Shown here piece by piece: positions 53,691 through 64,000 of a DNA stretch of 64,000 nucleotides. The stretch is from Octopus sinensis (taxonomy: Eukaryota): positions 81,654,001 through 81,718,000 of the forward strand of contig NC_042997.1 of assembly GCF_006345805.1 (NCBI RefSeq), read 5' to 3'. The notes beneath the pieces are model-generated. The model worked only from the letters and a program-made list of their open reading frames with translations. It did not search any database and was not told where the DNA came from. How positions within the stretch are numbered: position 1 is the first letter of the stretch; each line of letters starts with the position of its first letter. A program made the position numbers and the translations under genes.

Positions 53691-54442
53691 CAGAATTAGG
53701 CCCCTCGGCCCATGTTGCCCTTGGGCAACTGTCCAGTATATTCACACCTTAAGACGGCACTACGCTCACCAAAACGGTTGCTTGCTTTTACGCAAACAAC
53801 GTCCTTTACCTAAATTTACTACTATGATACAGATGCTAATAATCTTACGGAGTCTGGTATAAGAGTTCAATAGCTTCTTGAACATTTACCAACCATGGAT
53901 TGCGTTACTATAACACACATTTCAATTTCTTCATAAGAAATTGAAATTGTGATACTCCAATTGTATCAGAATTTGTATTTGTTGCGCCTGGGTCCGGAGA
54001 AAATAGCCGCAGATATCGTGCATTGTTTTACGTATGCGTAATGAAAAATTTTCATTAAATTACCCAACTGGATCAGGATCTCGATCTCTTGCCCTTATTT
54101 TACTAGCTTCGAAAGGACGAACCAGTCGACGCCAAAACTGACAACATAAAGGGTGTCGTCTCAATATTTAGATATCTAGTAACTTTAAAGTAGAAACTTC
54201 GTAAGCATCTACTGACAACGATACATATTTAGAGAGGTTTGACGAATATCGAATCATATGTAAATAAAGAATCTCTTGATTGGCAATTATCCTCTTTGAC
54301 TTCCCAATAAGTTTTTTGGCGTATTTTGTGAATGAGAACAGTAGTTTAGTTTTGAACCAGACCCGTGAAGAGTTTACCATCTAAACTTCATGCCAGAATA
54401 ATAACAAAAAAGGCAAAAAAATCAATTTTCTTTCTTTTTCAG

Positions 54443-54564
54443 AAATTTGCCACTACAACGATCAGGTGTACAATGTTAATACTTCATTCCCTTCTGATGA
54501 TAATTGTAATACGTGCTATTGCCAAGCACCAGAAACGGTGGTATGTACTTATAAAGCCTGCGTG
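54443..54564 (+). CDS. Pacifastin-like gene copy 1, exon 3 (domain 2)
   Basis: Strong TTTTCTTTCTTTTTCAG acceptor and GTAAGT donor, phase 1-0. Encodes EICHYNDQVYNVNTSFPSDDNCNTCYCQAPETVVCTYKACV. Confidence 0.9.
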
Positions 54565-54959
54565 GTAAGTAGCGTACATATACACAAAGAAATGTATGTT
54601 CTTGTATTTCTCTATCTTACCTTTGCATCTGAAAGGTCTAGAGACAAACATTTTCCTCTCTGGTCAATCTCTCATCAACTTCTTCAAGTATCACTTGAAG
54701 AAGAAGGTGAGAGTAGAGTGGGAAGTTTTGTCTAGTGAATGTTTAAAAAAAAAGATGGGTGAATGTAGCAAGGACGGCACGTGTGAATGACGGAGCCAGC
54801 TTGAACATAATCCTATGAACCAAAAAAAAAAGGAAAAAAGAGAGTCACTTACTGTAATGTGTTTTTTGCATGACATTATTGCCCAAGGTTACCGTGGTCT
54901 TTTCCGTAGGCTTGTTTCTCCTTTTTACATTATGACATTTCTGCGATACACACTCCCTA

Positions 54960-55535
54960 TTGATCGGCCACTCGGGTGGGCGCCTTGTACGTTGTGATCT
55001 TCTTAAACTGGAAACCTCATTTTCTTTCTCTTTTCCACAATCATCATCCGACGAAGCGACAATCCTATGAACATCCAAAACATGATGCAGAATCCCATCC
55101 ACAGAAATGTTGTTTTTGGAATTGACAGCCGTCACTATTCTTCTGTTCCACTGAGTTGTGCAGTGTGCCTGGTTTGACCCAGACTTCATCTCCCACCTCC
55201 ACAATGCCAGGCCCTCTCTCTTCTACAGGGCATCTCGATGGTTTACTCAGATACCGCCATTCATATTTGAATATTGGTCTATGTGGCACGGGGTATTCTT
55301 GGAGCAGGGCCCGCTGGACGAATTGCTGATGGACAACAGCACAGCATTTTGTTCGGAGGCACTGAAGGTGATGCTTGGCAGGTGGAAAGTGCACTGCTTT
55401 TTTAGAGCAGCATACATGCCAAGTGGAAATGGGTTTGTGGAGAGATATCATCGAACGATCAAGCCATGACACAGAGGGGACACGTCTCGTCGCTGAAAGC
55501 GGTGTTCTGGTACAACATGTCACCCCGATCAGGAC
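54960..55535. mobile_element. Rearranged Gypsy integrase remnants in intron 3
   Basis: Plus strand: ELLMDNSTAF...AAYMPSGNGFVERYHRTIK. Minus strand: EVGDEVWVKP...NISVDG and LRRSQRTRRPP. Confidence 0.75.
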
Positions 55536-56136
55536 AAAAAAGTTGAAAATTTACAAAGAGCCTTGACTTTTGTTTTAATAAAAAAGATCAACTCTGGTTA
55601 CAGTGGTTCTCTGTGGAATAGTGCTAAAGTTTTACAATTTTCAGATATTCATCTACTGTTTGGGAACAGGAGAAACTAAGCTAATACACTTGTCCAAATT
55701 GAATTATTATTAATTTTCATCTTGGTGTTTTGTCTAAATTTCTCTTCTCTCTAGAGTTTATCAAACAGCTCTGATAAATATTCTTTCAGTTTCCCCTCTA
55801 TCAAATCCATTCACAAGGCTTTGATTGGTCTGAAACTTAAGTAGAAGACACCTGCCTAAGGTGCCACACAGTGGGACTGAACCCAGAACCATGTGTTTGG
55901 GAAGCAAGCTTCTTCCCACACAGCCGTGCCTGCACCTAAAAAAATCTCGTAGCAGGCTTTCGATGCCAAAACCTGGGGGAATATATTTTTCTCTTTGTTG
56001 TCACTTCATCACTTGTTTCCATAGAATCCAAAAATTTGACTTCTTTAATGATGCTCTTCCACTAATTTGTTACTTTTCCTTTTTAACTATAGCAATTCTA
56101 TGTATTTAAACTAAATCTGTTATTTTTGTCTTTCAG

Positions 56137-56172
56137 CCTGCCAATTTCTTCCCATCAACAAATGGAAATTGA
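56137..56172 (+). CDS. Pacifastin-like gene copy 1, probable last coding exon (PANFFPSTNGN*)
   Basis: TTATTTTTGTCTTTCAG acceptor, phase 0 matching exon 3, stop TGA, then an AT-rich 3' UTR-like region with ATTAAA. Confidence 0.65.
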   Translation, partial: PANFFPSTNGN

Positions 56173-57505
56173 GAAAAATGAAATGATAAAGTGCTTGCAC
56201 ATTAATTTGCAAAAGAAACAAACAGCTTGAATAACTACATTATAATTAAACAATGACAAATTTGTTTTAATTCATTAGATAATTAAATTTGATTATATCA
56301 GCATATATTGCTTTGTTGTTTTTCTTTTTGTTTCATATTTGTTTAATGTTACTTTAAGAGAGATTAAAAACTTATATAGCCAACAGGTTTCATATTTACA
56401 GGATAAGAAAATATGGTGTTTATGCTTTCTTAAGAGTACTACAAAAGTGAATTTGACAATAACTGTAGCATAGGTCCATGAGTTTTAAAATGGTAAGCTT
56501 AAATTTACCTAGTTTTTAAAAACAAGCATCAGTGCAACTATGAATGCTATTTGAGATGGGCCAGTATTGTGTCCAAGAAGAGATTTATCTCACATTAGGA
56601 AACCAATACTAAATATCATTCCTTCAAAATATCAAGACAAATATTTACAGGAGCATATATAGCAGAAAGAAATAGAATGTACTTCTATTTTGTGATTGAC
56701 ACCTTAGGCATTCACAATATATTTTATGGATCTAAGCACTGGCTGTATTGATCTTTCAGGAATTTGTAAGATCAATAATTCTTGAAAGGAAAAAAAATGT
56801 GCTTTTCTTTTTCATACTAAACCGAGATGTTTATTGCACTTAATGCAAGAAATCACTGGTATTTTAAACATAACTATAATATAAAACAAGATCATATTCC
56901 AAACCTGTAGGTCAAATAAACATTCAAAGTGAGAAGACAGATTTTTAACCAGAAGTTATAAGAATTTATTTTTTTCCCTCAATAACATTTGCTAGCAAAT
57001 ACTAAAATTTTACTGATTAAGTATATTAACCTTCTAATAAGGACTGTGACCTCACTTGAAAACTACTTCAATAACTTACACAATATTTCTACTTCACTAA
57101 TAGAAATCACTCATTGCCTTTGCAAAATACAGAAGCATCAATTTCACTCCTCCTCCTCTTGAGATCTCATAGCAATGTAAGAAATTGTTACTTTATAACA
57201 GTTTTTAGTACAGTGCTTCCCCTAATGAGAGTGGAGACACTTTAAGAATTATAAAGGACACAAACAAAATTGAGATGGTTTAAAACTTAAAATTTTTCCA
57301 ACACCATGGCAAAAAAACAAACAAAAATTTGTGGATAATTACTCTATTTTGTGTACCCATAAATAAAGAGGGGAACCCAAAAATTATTCACTAATATTTC
57401 AGTGGGCCTGGTATTTGTCAGTTTAAAACCCATGGTATTGATATAAAATACAGTGATATAAGAATATATTAAGTATTGGATAAGTAAACAGTGTGTATCA
57501 GTGTG

Positions 57506-57649
57506 TCACTTAACAGCTGACTTTTTTCCATTGTTGACACTTCGCTTAATGGATATACCTTCAGTTTTATATTTATGGTTGACCTTTGGTGATTTAGCAT
57601 ATTTTGTAGGCACTTGATTCGATGGCTTTGTTGAGATATCAGAACTTGC
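57506..57649 (-). CDS. Putative terminal exon of an unidentified minus-strand gene
   Basis: Long polypyrimidine tract + CAG acceptor (57650-57685), then 47 open codons (ASSDISTKPSNQVPTKYAKSPKVNHKYK...KKSAVK*) in non-repetitive DNA. Confidence 0.45.
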   Translation of the reverse strand, partial: ASSDISTKPSNQVPTKYAKSPKVNHKYKTEGISIKRSVNNGKKSAVK

Positions 57650-58899
57650 CTGGAAAATTAAAAAAAGAAAAGAAAAGAAGAAAAACACAAAATAGAAATG
57701 GGGGAAAACAAACCCACTATAAATGATTACAAAATTCAGAGAGCTTCATTAAAAAATAATCTATGAGAAATCTGAAGATTATGAAATATGAAATCTATTA
57801 ATTTTTTATAATAGATATTCGAAGTAGGGTAAAACATGAATTTAAGTTGTATTTCTATTCTTTGTTGATTGGCACCTTTTCTGCAACTAATTCTGTAACA
57901 GCACTTATTCCAAGAATTCACACAAAAAGCTGAATTTGTAGAACAATTCAACCCACAGAATGTAATTATTTCTACTTTAAGAATATTGAAACGCATATTT
58001 CATTGTTATTCTTTTTCATGAATTATAATATAAAATGCATACTGAGTAGAAAAGCATACTTAACTGATGGCTGGTTGAGGAAAGATGGAGCAGAGATAAG
58101 GCCAAGAAATTTAGATACAACTGCATTTCTTAGGGATACCATCCACATAAAAATCAACAATCAAGTTCCTACCATCATACTTAATGTAGTGAGGCAAAAA
58201 ATAAAATTAATTGATTGTACACGTGGTAAAGAAAACATTAATTCAATGACTAATGTATGGATGACAACTGTAGAGATGTTTCAGCCTTATTAATCCTCTT
58301 CAGTGATGTAATGGAATCTCCAAATTTGCCAGATAAGTGATAACAGAATTACTATATTAATGTACACTAATGTACAAGTAATGAGTAGAAATCAAAAATT
58401 ATCATAAGAACATAAGAGATGTACCAAGGTGAGATCAAATCAATATTATTCACTGAGCTAATATTTTCTTCCTTCTCCACATAAGTATTATTAATTATAT
58501 CTTGATTTGATTTAAAACAGACGATAAACGATGGCTAGAAGAATATTGAGCTATATCTGATAACCAGTTGATCTAGGAAGTGGGGTCCCATGTCAGTGAG
58601 GTGGGGCCAGTGCTCAATAATGCCATCGAGAAGTAGGCTCTGAAACGGCATGCATTCTCTCTTGATGACCCCATACACTTGTTGGCTTCCGGTATGCAGA
58701 GGTTTAGACTAGTAGCACTTGCATGTATAAGTTGTTTGCAAAACATCTTAGACCTTGTGGTAGGTCTTCTGACATCATGAAAAGACTGTTAGGCATCTTG
58801 GAAAGTCAAGGGGACTGCTCAGAAAGACTAGCTGACAATGGGAAAGACTAGTGGAGGCTGCAGACTTACACTCCTCGCCTCTGTAATATGTTGTAACAA

Positions 58900-61200
58900 C
58901 TACCAATGAGAATGACAGCGCCATGATTGACCGAGAGAAGAGAGTCGAAAATCAATCAAACCCAATTAACACTGAAATGACTTTGGGCATGAATACAGCT
59001 ATGCCTTCAAACAGCGAAGTGCAACCGAGAGAAGCTTGAAAATTCACTAGATTTGTAAGGAGAGGACAGAGCAGTGTGGATAATTTGAACGTAAAACACG
59101 TGGCAAATCATCCAGACTCAAACCACAGCAGATCGATAAATGCTACAGCAAAGAACTCTTCTTGACAGGAAACTGCAGGTTATGAGACTGGTGCATCAGA
59201 TAGTACTCGGAGGAAACCGAAAATTCTGTGGTCTGCTGCTAATGAGAAAAGAAGATATAAAGGATTTGAGAACAGGGTATATCAAGCTCTTTATAAAATG
59301 ACAGGTTATACAGTGGATAAACTGGGAAAGTTAACAAGCTCAATATACGATACAGAAAAGGAATTATTTGGATTGAAATATGGTATCCGATTAGCGAAAG
59401 GAAAGTGTGGACCAAACAAGAGAATCAAGAAAATGAAACAGTTGAGGAGGGAAAAAATCAGTCTAAGAAATCAATGGAAATGTGCTGTGGAAGATGCAAA
59501 TCTTGGCCTCGCGGAGGTGTATGAAGATTTAAATAGGAAATGTCATAATATCCAACGGCATATCCGCCGATATGATCGAAGAAAGGAAAGCAAAAGGACT
59601 TGTGAACAGTTTCTGAAGAACCTTTTACGGGGTTACTAAGAAGCTGTTCACTGAATCGAAGAGTGGCACTTTATCATGCACAAAAGAAGAATTGGATGTT
59701 CACATCGAAGCGATCTAAACCGTAACCAGCCACAGCCATCTATAAATGGGCTGGAACCTGATATCGAATTTCAAATTGGGGACATCAGGAAGAAAGAGGT
59801 GAATGATTTCTAGAAAAAAGCTAGAGCAAAGAGTGCTCCAAGAGGTGATGGCGTCTTGTATAAAGTGTATGAATATTGCAATCATCTACGAAAGAAGCTC
59901 TTTGTCCTGCGCTGACAGCTGTGGCATGAAGAGACTCTGGTAGAGGATTTGTGTAACGCAGAAGGCATATGCTCGCCGAGGGAGGCCAATGCAGAGAATA
60001 TAAAACAGTTTAGGCCGATATTTTTATTGAATGTAGAAGGCAAGATCTTTATGGGAATTCTCTCAAGGAGAACAGTGGCACATCTACAGAGTAATGGAGG
60101 TGTTGATGAATCTGTTCAAAAGGCCAGAATCCCTGGGATCCCTGGATGCGTTGAGCATTGTTTTTCGATTTGGAAAGCGATCCAGGATGCCAAACAGAAC
60201 AAGAGAAGTCTGAACGTGGTATGGCATGTTCTAGATAATGCATATGGCTCAGTACCACACGAATTACTGATGAGAGCCATGGACCCACTTCCACATTCCA
60301 GAGAAAATAACAAGATTAATGAGGATATATTATGACAGTTTCGAGATGAGGTTTACAGCTGGAAATTGGCACCGATTAGAGATTGGCATAACTACTGGCT
60401 GCACAATATCTGTTACGTGGTTTATCTTAGTCATGGAGATGATTTTGAAAGCAGTAGACTTTTCGGAACAAATGGCCCAATTACAATCACCTAAGAAGGC
60501 CTCCGTGGATGCTGTGACACTTCTATCGACAGACAAGCAAATTATGCAGAGTGCTCTCTTGAAGCTAGACGAACTTGTGAAAGGGTCAAGGATGCGATTC
60601 AGAGCAAAAAAAAAAAAAGTCACGTACTCTGACATTTATTAATGGAGTGCAAAAAGAAGTTAAGTTTAAAACATTTGAAGAAAGCAGTCAAGGAAGAAAC
60701 TATCAAGAGCTTGGGGCATGTATACGCATTGTCAGACAGGAGTCGTGGGATGCTAATTATGAAACAAGCCGAGGATAGATTAACAGCAATTGATAATTTA
60801 AAGCTAGAAGGTAAATATAAAATATGGTGCTTACAGTTCGGCTTGTATCCGCGCCTTTCGTAGCCACTTTTGTATACGAGGTGGAACTGTCACGAGTTCA
60901 AATCATTGAACAAAAGTATGTGTTCATTAGAAAGTGGCTAGGCCTACCTCGGATATTGAACAGTTCATCTCTCTGTCGTAAAAAGAGGCTCATTGCAGTT
61001 ACCACTGGCGTCAATAGTTGAGATTTATAAAGTAGGGAAGGTATGAACGGCGATGATGCTGAGAGAGTCGAAGGACATTGAAATCAGGTGTAATTAGACC
61101 AGATGTAAAAGCAGCCAGGAAGTGAAAAGCAGATGCAGAGACTGATGACATTCTGTCTTCACTTACAACCGAGATATGGTAGGTGCAGTCACTACAAAAA
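58900..61200 (+). mobile_element. Decayed Hero-like (R2-group) LINE, RT region
   Basis: IKQFRPIFLLNVEGKIFMGILSRR, IPGIPGCVEH, NAYGSVPH, GCTISV, KIWCLQFGLYPRL and IRKWLGLPR. Many stops and frameshifts. Confidence 0.85.
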
Positions 61201-61479
61201 GCATGTCCGAGATTTCTGATATGCCTTGGCATGTTGCACGATCTTTGTAAACAAAAGACTCGTTTCAGTATACTTTGTTTCCAGTCCTCCATATAAAAAT
61301 GTCTGGGCTGTTCGTTGCTTGACAGACTGGAAACACTTTGGGATTGACAATAGCTTCTTTTCATTGAAATGTGGTATAATGTGCAATGAATAGCCAGGTT
61401 GAACGTCTGTATCAGAGAAATCAACTTGAGCAAAGGACGCAGTGTGATTTGGGGCAGACAATAATCCAGTTGACGAAGG

Positions 61480-62009
61480 TGTAACGGGAATTAGTAGCTT
61501 CTTGCACTTTTGGGGTGCAACTCGGGTGCATTCACAATTTCCGTTCCTTTAATTTCCAGATTCTACCAGTCAAAGAACACAAACGCAACAGTAAAAATAT
61601 ATACTCTTTATTTTTCTTATAACAGTAAGAAATAAGGTGGTATATTTGGTTCCACTTGTTTCTGGATGTGGCAAAGCTGAACTTTAACGCTTGTAAGAAT
61701 CTTACAAGTTCAGCAGCAAACAGAGCTGGTCAAATATGGCGTCCTTAGAGAGCGAAGAAAATACGGTCTGCAACCTTTTGGTATCGAAAGCCTTCTCTGA
61801 CTGCTACGTGTCTCTGGACGCTTTTTGGTTAAGGTTCACGCTCCTTCGCCTCCTGTCAGCTAAAATGCCACATCATCATTTCCTTCTTCCGGTCTTCGCG
61901 CATGCGCGAGAGGGCACTTACCCTCTGCCTTTCCAGAAGGCTCCAACCCCGCACACGCGAACTGAAGATGACGTTGCGCGCGCGCGCACTGTTGGATAGC
62001 GTCACTACA
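61480..62009 (-). mobile_element. Solo LTR (530 bp)
   Basis: TGT...ACA termini and 4-bp TSD AAGG (61476-61479, 62010-62013). Absent from the paralogous empty site at ~47665-47675. AATAAA on the minus strand near 61610. Confidence 0.85.
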
Positions 62010-62118
62010 AAGGGTATTACATCCCTTTGGATCCACCATTCGTAAGTTATACACTGTCCTTACTTACTTGAGCAGTATCACTGTAGATACTTCGATATGT
62101 TTATGTGTATTGGTATAT

Positions 62119-62154
<36 letters not shown>

Positions 62155-62189
62155 GCACATACACATACACACACACACACACACGTACG

Positions 62190-62220
<31 letters not shown>

Positions 62221-62259
62221 GCACGCACATACACATACACACACACACACACACGTACG

Positions 62260-62291
<32 letters not shown>

Positions 62292-62756
62292 ACACACCCA
62301 CCCACCCACACACACACACATTAAATAGGAAATGGTTGGCAATTTTCTGAATGCATTTCCAATTCTATTTTAGTTGATTAAGCCCATTTCTTTTTTGTTA
62401 AATTTCTCGCCTCTTTACCAACCTATTAACCAATCACCTACCTTTTTATGCTTTCTATTACTTCTCCCAAAATTCTTCCTCTAACTCCTTGAGATAATTG
62501 ACACGAGATAAACATCCAAAAGCAAACGAAAGGGCTGAGCCAAAATAAAATAACTATAAAGCAAATCAACAAAACAAAATGATGCAACAAGTAAATATAG
62601 AAATTAAAAATAAAATAAAATGAAATAAAATTTCTTTTTTTTTAAATGTGTTTGGTTTTGGTGTGGCTAAGTCCGTATTAAGCGTGCATAGAATAGAATT
62701 AGCAAATACAAGAATAATGTATGACGTCAGAAGATATTCTAAACAACACCAGAAGA

Positions 62757-62764
62757 TATAAAAG
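62757..62764 (+). promoter_or_regulatory. TATA box of pacifastin-like gene copy 2
   Basis: TATAAAAG at the same spacing as copy 1. Confidence 0.7.
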
Positions 62765-62839
62765 TAGCCCTGCTTTTCTTATTTTTACAACAGACATCGG
62801 TATTTCAAACGCACGAGTTAGTTTTCCGATCCTGCAAAA

Positions 62840-62900
62840 ATGAAATCGTTTATCTTCGTCGGCATCCTCACAGTTCTGACTGTCGTTCTTTCGGCACCAT
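62840..62900 (+). CDS. Pacifastin-like gene copy 2, exon 1 (MKSFIFVGILTVLTVVLSAP), remainder beyond window
   Basis: One substitution (GCC>GTC, A15V) versus copy 1 and the same phase-1 donor. Confidence 0.8.
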
Positions 62901-63469
62901 GTAAGTTAAACTCTTTTAGCTTATATTTCATTTCTCTATTTAACCATCAATGTTGTATTTTTTTAATCATTTCAAATCTTATTTTAGGTGAGTCAGTAAT
63001 TAAATAGGCACAAGTTATTTTGAAGGGAAGGGTCCAGACGATACCATAAACCCCAGTGTCTAACTGGGACTTTATTTTTTACAACTTCGTGAAGACGAAA
63101 GGCAAAGATGATAAGATTTGAACTCAGAACAAAGAGCCGGAAAATATACGGAAAAGTGTATCTACATATATATATTTACATAATACATGCATGCATACAT
63201 ACATACATACATACATACATACATACATACATACATACATACATACATACATACATACACACATACATACATACATACATACATACATACATACACACAT
63301 ACACGCATACATACATACATACACACATACATACATACATACATACATACATACATACATACATACATACATACATGCATACATGAGGGCTGTCAACCCG
63401 TTAAACGAGTATGATCATGACTGACTAAATAAAATGTATTACAGCATTATATGTGAAAACGCCAATAGC

Positions 63470-63965
63470 ACTTTAATGCTGCAGCGGCTTACAAGTTCTT
63501 CTGATTTCTTGGTTGTTCTGGATGGTTCTGATAATTTTCTGCGTGCATCCTCATTTGCCGAGGTAAACCTGAACAATTTGTCACGTTTTCTTGTGCTGTT
63601 GACCCTAGAGAGAAAGTCTTTGCAGTTTGTAACAGGTCTTTCTACATGGCTTCTCTGCTGGCGCACCAGGCCTGCGCGTAACATATGTGGTAACAGACTT
63701 TACATACTACGTGAGGAATTGTAGGGTCAACGGAATTGTCTTTTCGTGCTCATCAGTTTCTGCGTAACCATTCGTTTGCATTTCGTTGGAATGTGCTCAC
63801 TCCGTCATAGACTCTTTGCGTCTAGGTGTTCCTATTTTGAAACCTCATAGCTTTTAAGTTGTCTTTTAAGTTGTCCCGGAATCGCTTTCTTGCCTTATGT
63901 TGTGGTAAAATGCCTTCCAACGGTTTGCCATACATTATTTGTTTGGGAATTCTTTTTTCATCAAG
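63470..63965 (-). mobile_element. RTE-clade LINE 3' remnant in intron 1 of copy 2
   Basis: RIPKQIMYG...RKRFRDNLKDNLK and RAGLVRQQRSH on the minus strand. Same intronic position as 49930-50435. Confidence 0.7.
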
Positions 63966-64000
63966 ATAAAGATGCACGCACGCATATATACATACATACC

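Overview
Repeat-dominated, AT-rich animal genomic DNA. The SINE families and the dense (CA)n/(TA)n/(TACA)n/(AAT)n tracts suggest an octopus or other coleoid cephalopod (inference). Most of the window is decayed transposons: tRNA-derived SINEs, R4/Dong-, Hero-, Tx1- and RTE-type LINE pieces, two bounded Helitrons, a Mag-type Gypsy element lacking RT, mariner, pogo, maT, hAT and Chapaev-like DNA transposons, MITEs and a solo LTR. One complete host gene can be assembled by hand: a 4-exon, 119-aa secreted protein with two pacifastin-like protease-inhibitor domains (49312-56172, +). A tandem paralogue starts 13.5 kb downstream (exon 1 at 62840-62900), and a probable terminal exon of a convergent minus-strand gene lies between them. 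The most unusual non-coding signal is two separate families of ~330-360 bp tandem-plus-inverted repeats (16785-17520 and 18874-19821). Each carries minimal type I hammerhead ribozyme motifs, so they are retrozyme/Penelope-like elements, and one family has a non-canonical U3-A8/U3-G8 core. All calls were made by eye without database searches, and boundaries of decayed elements are approximate.
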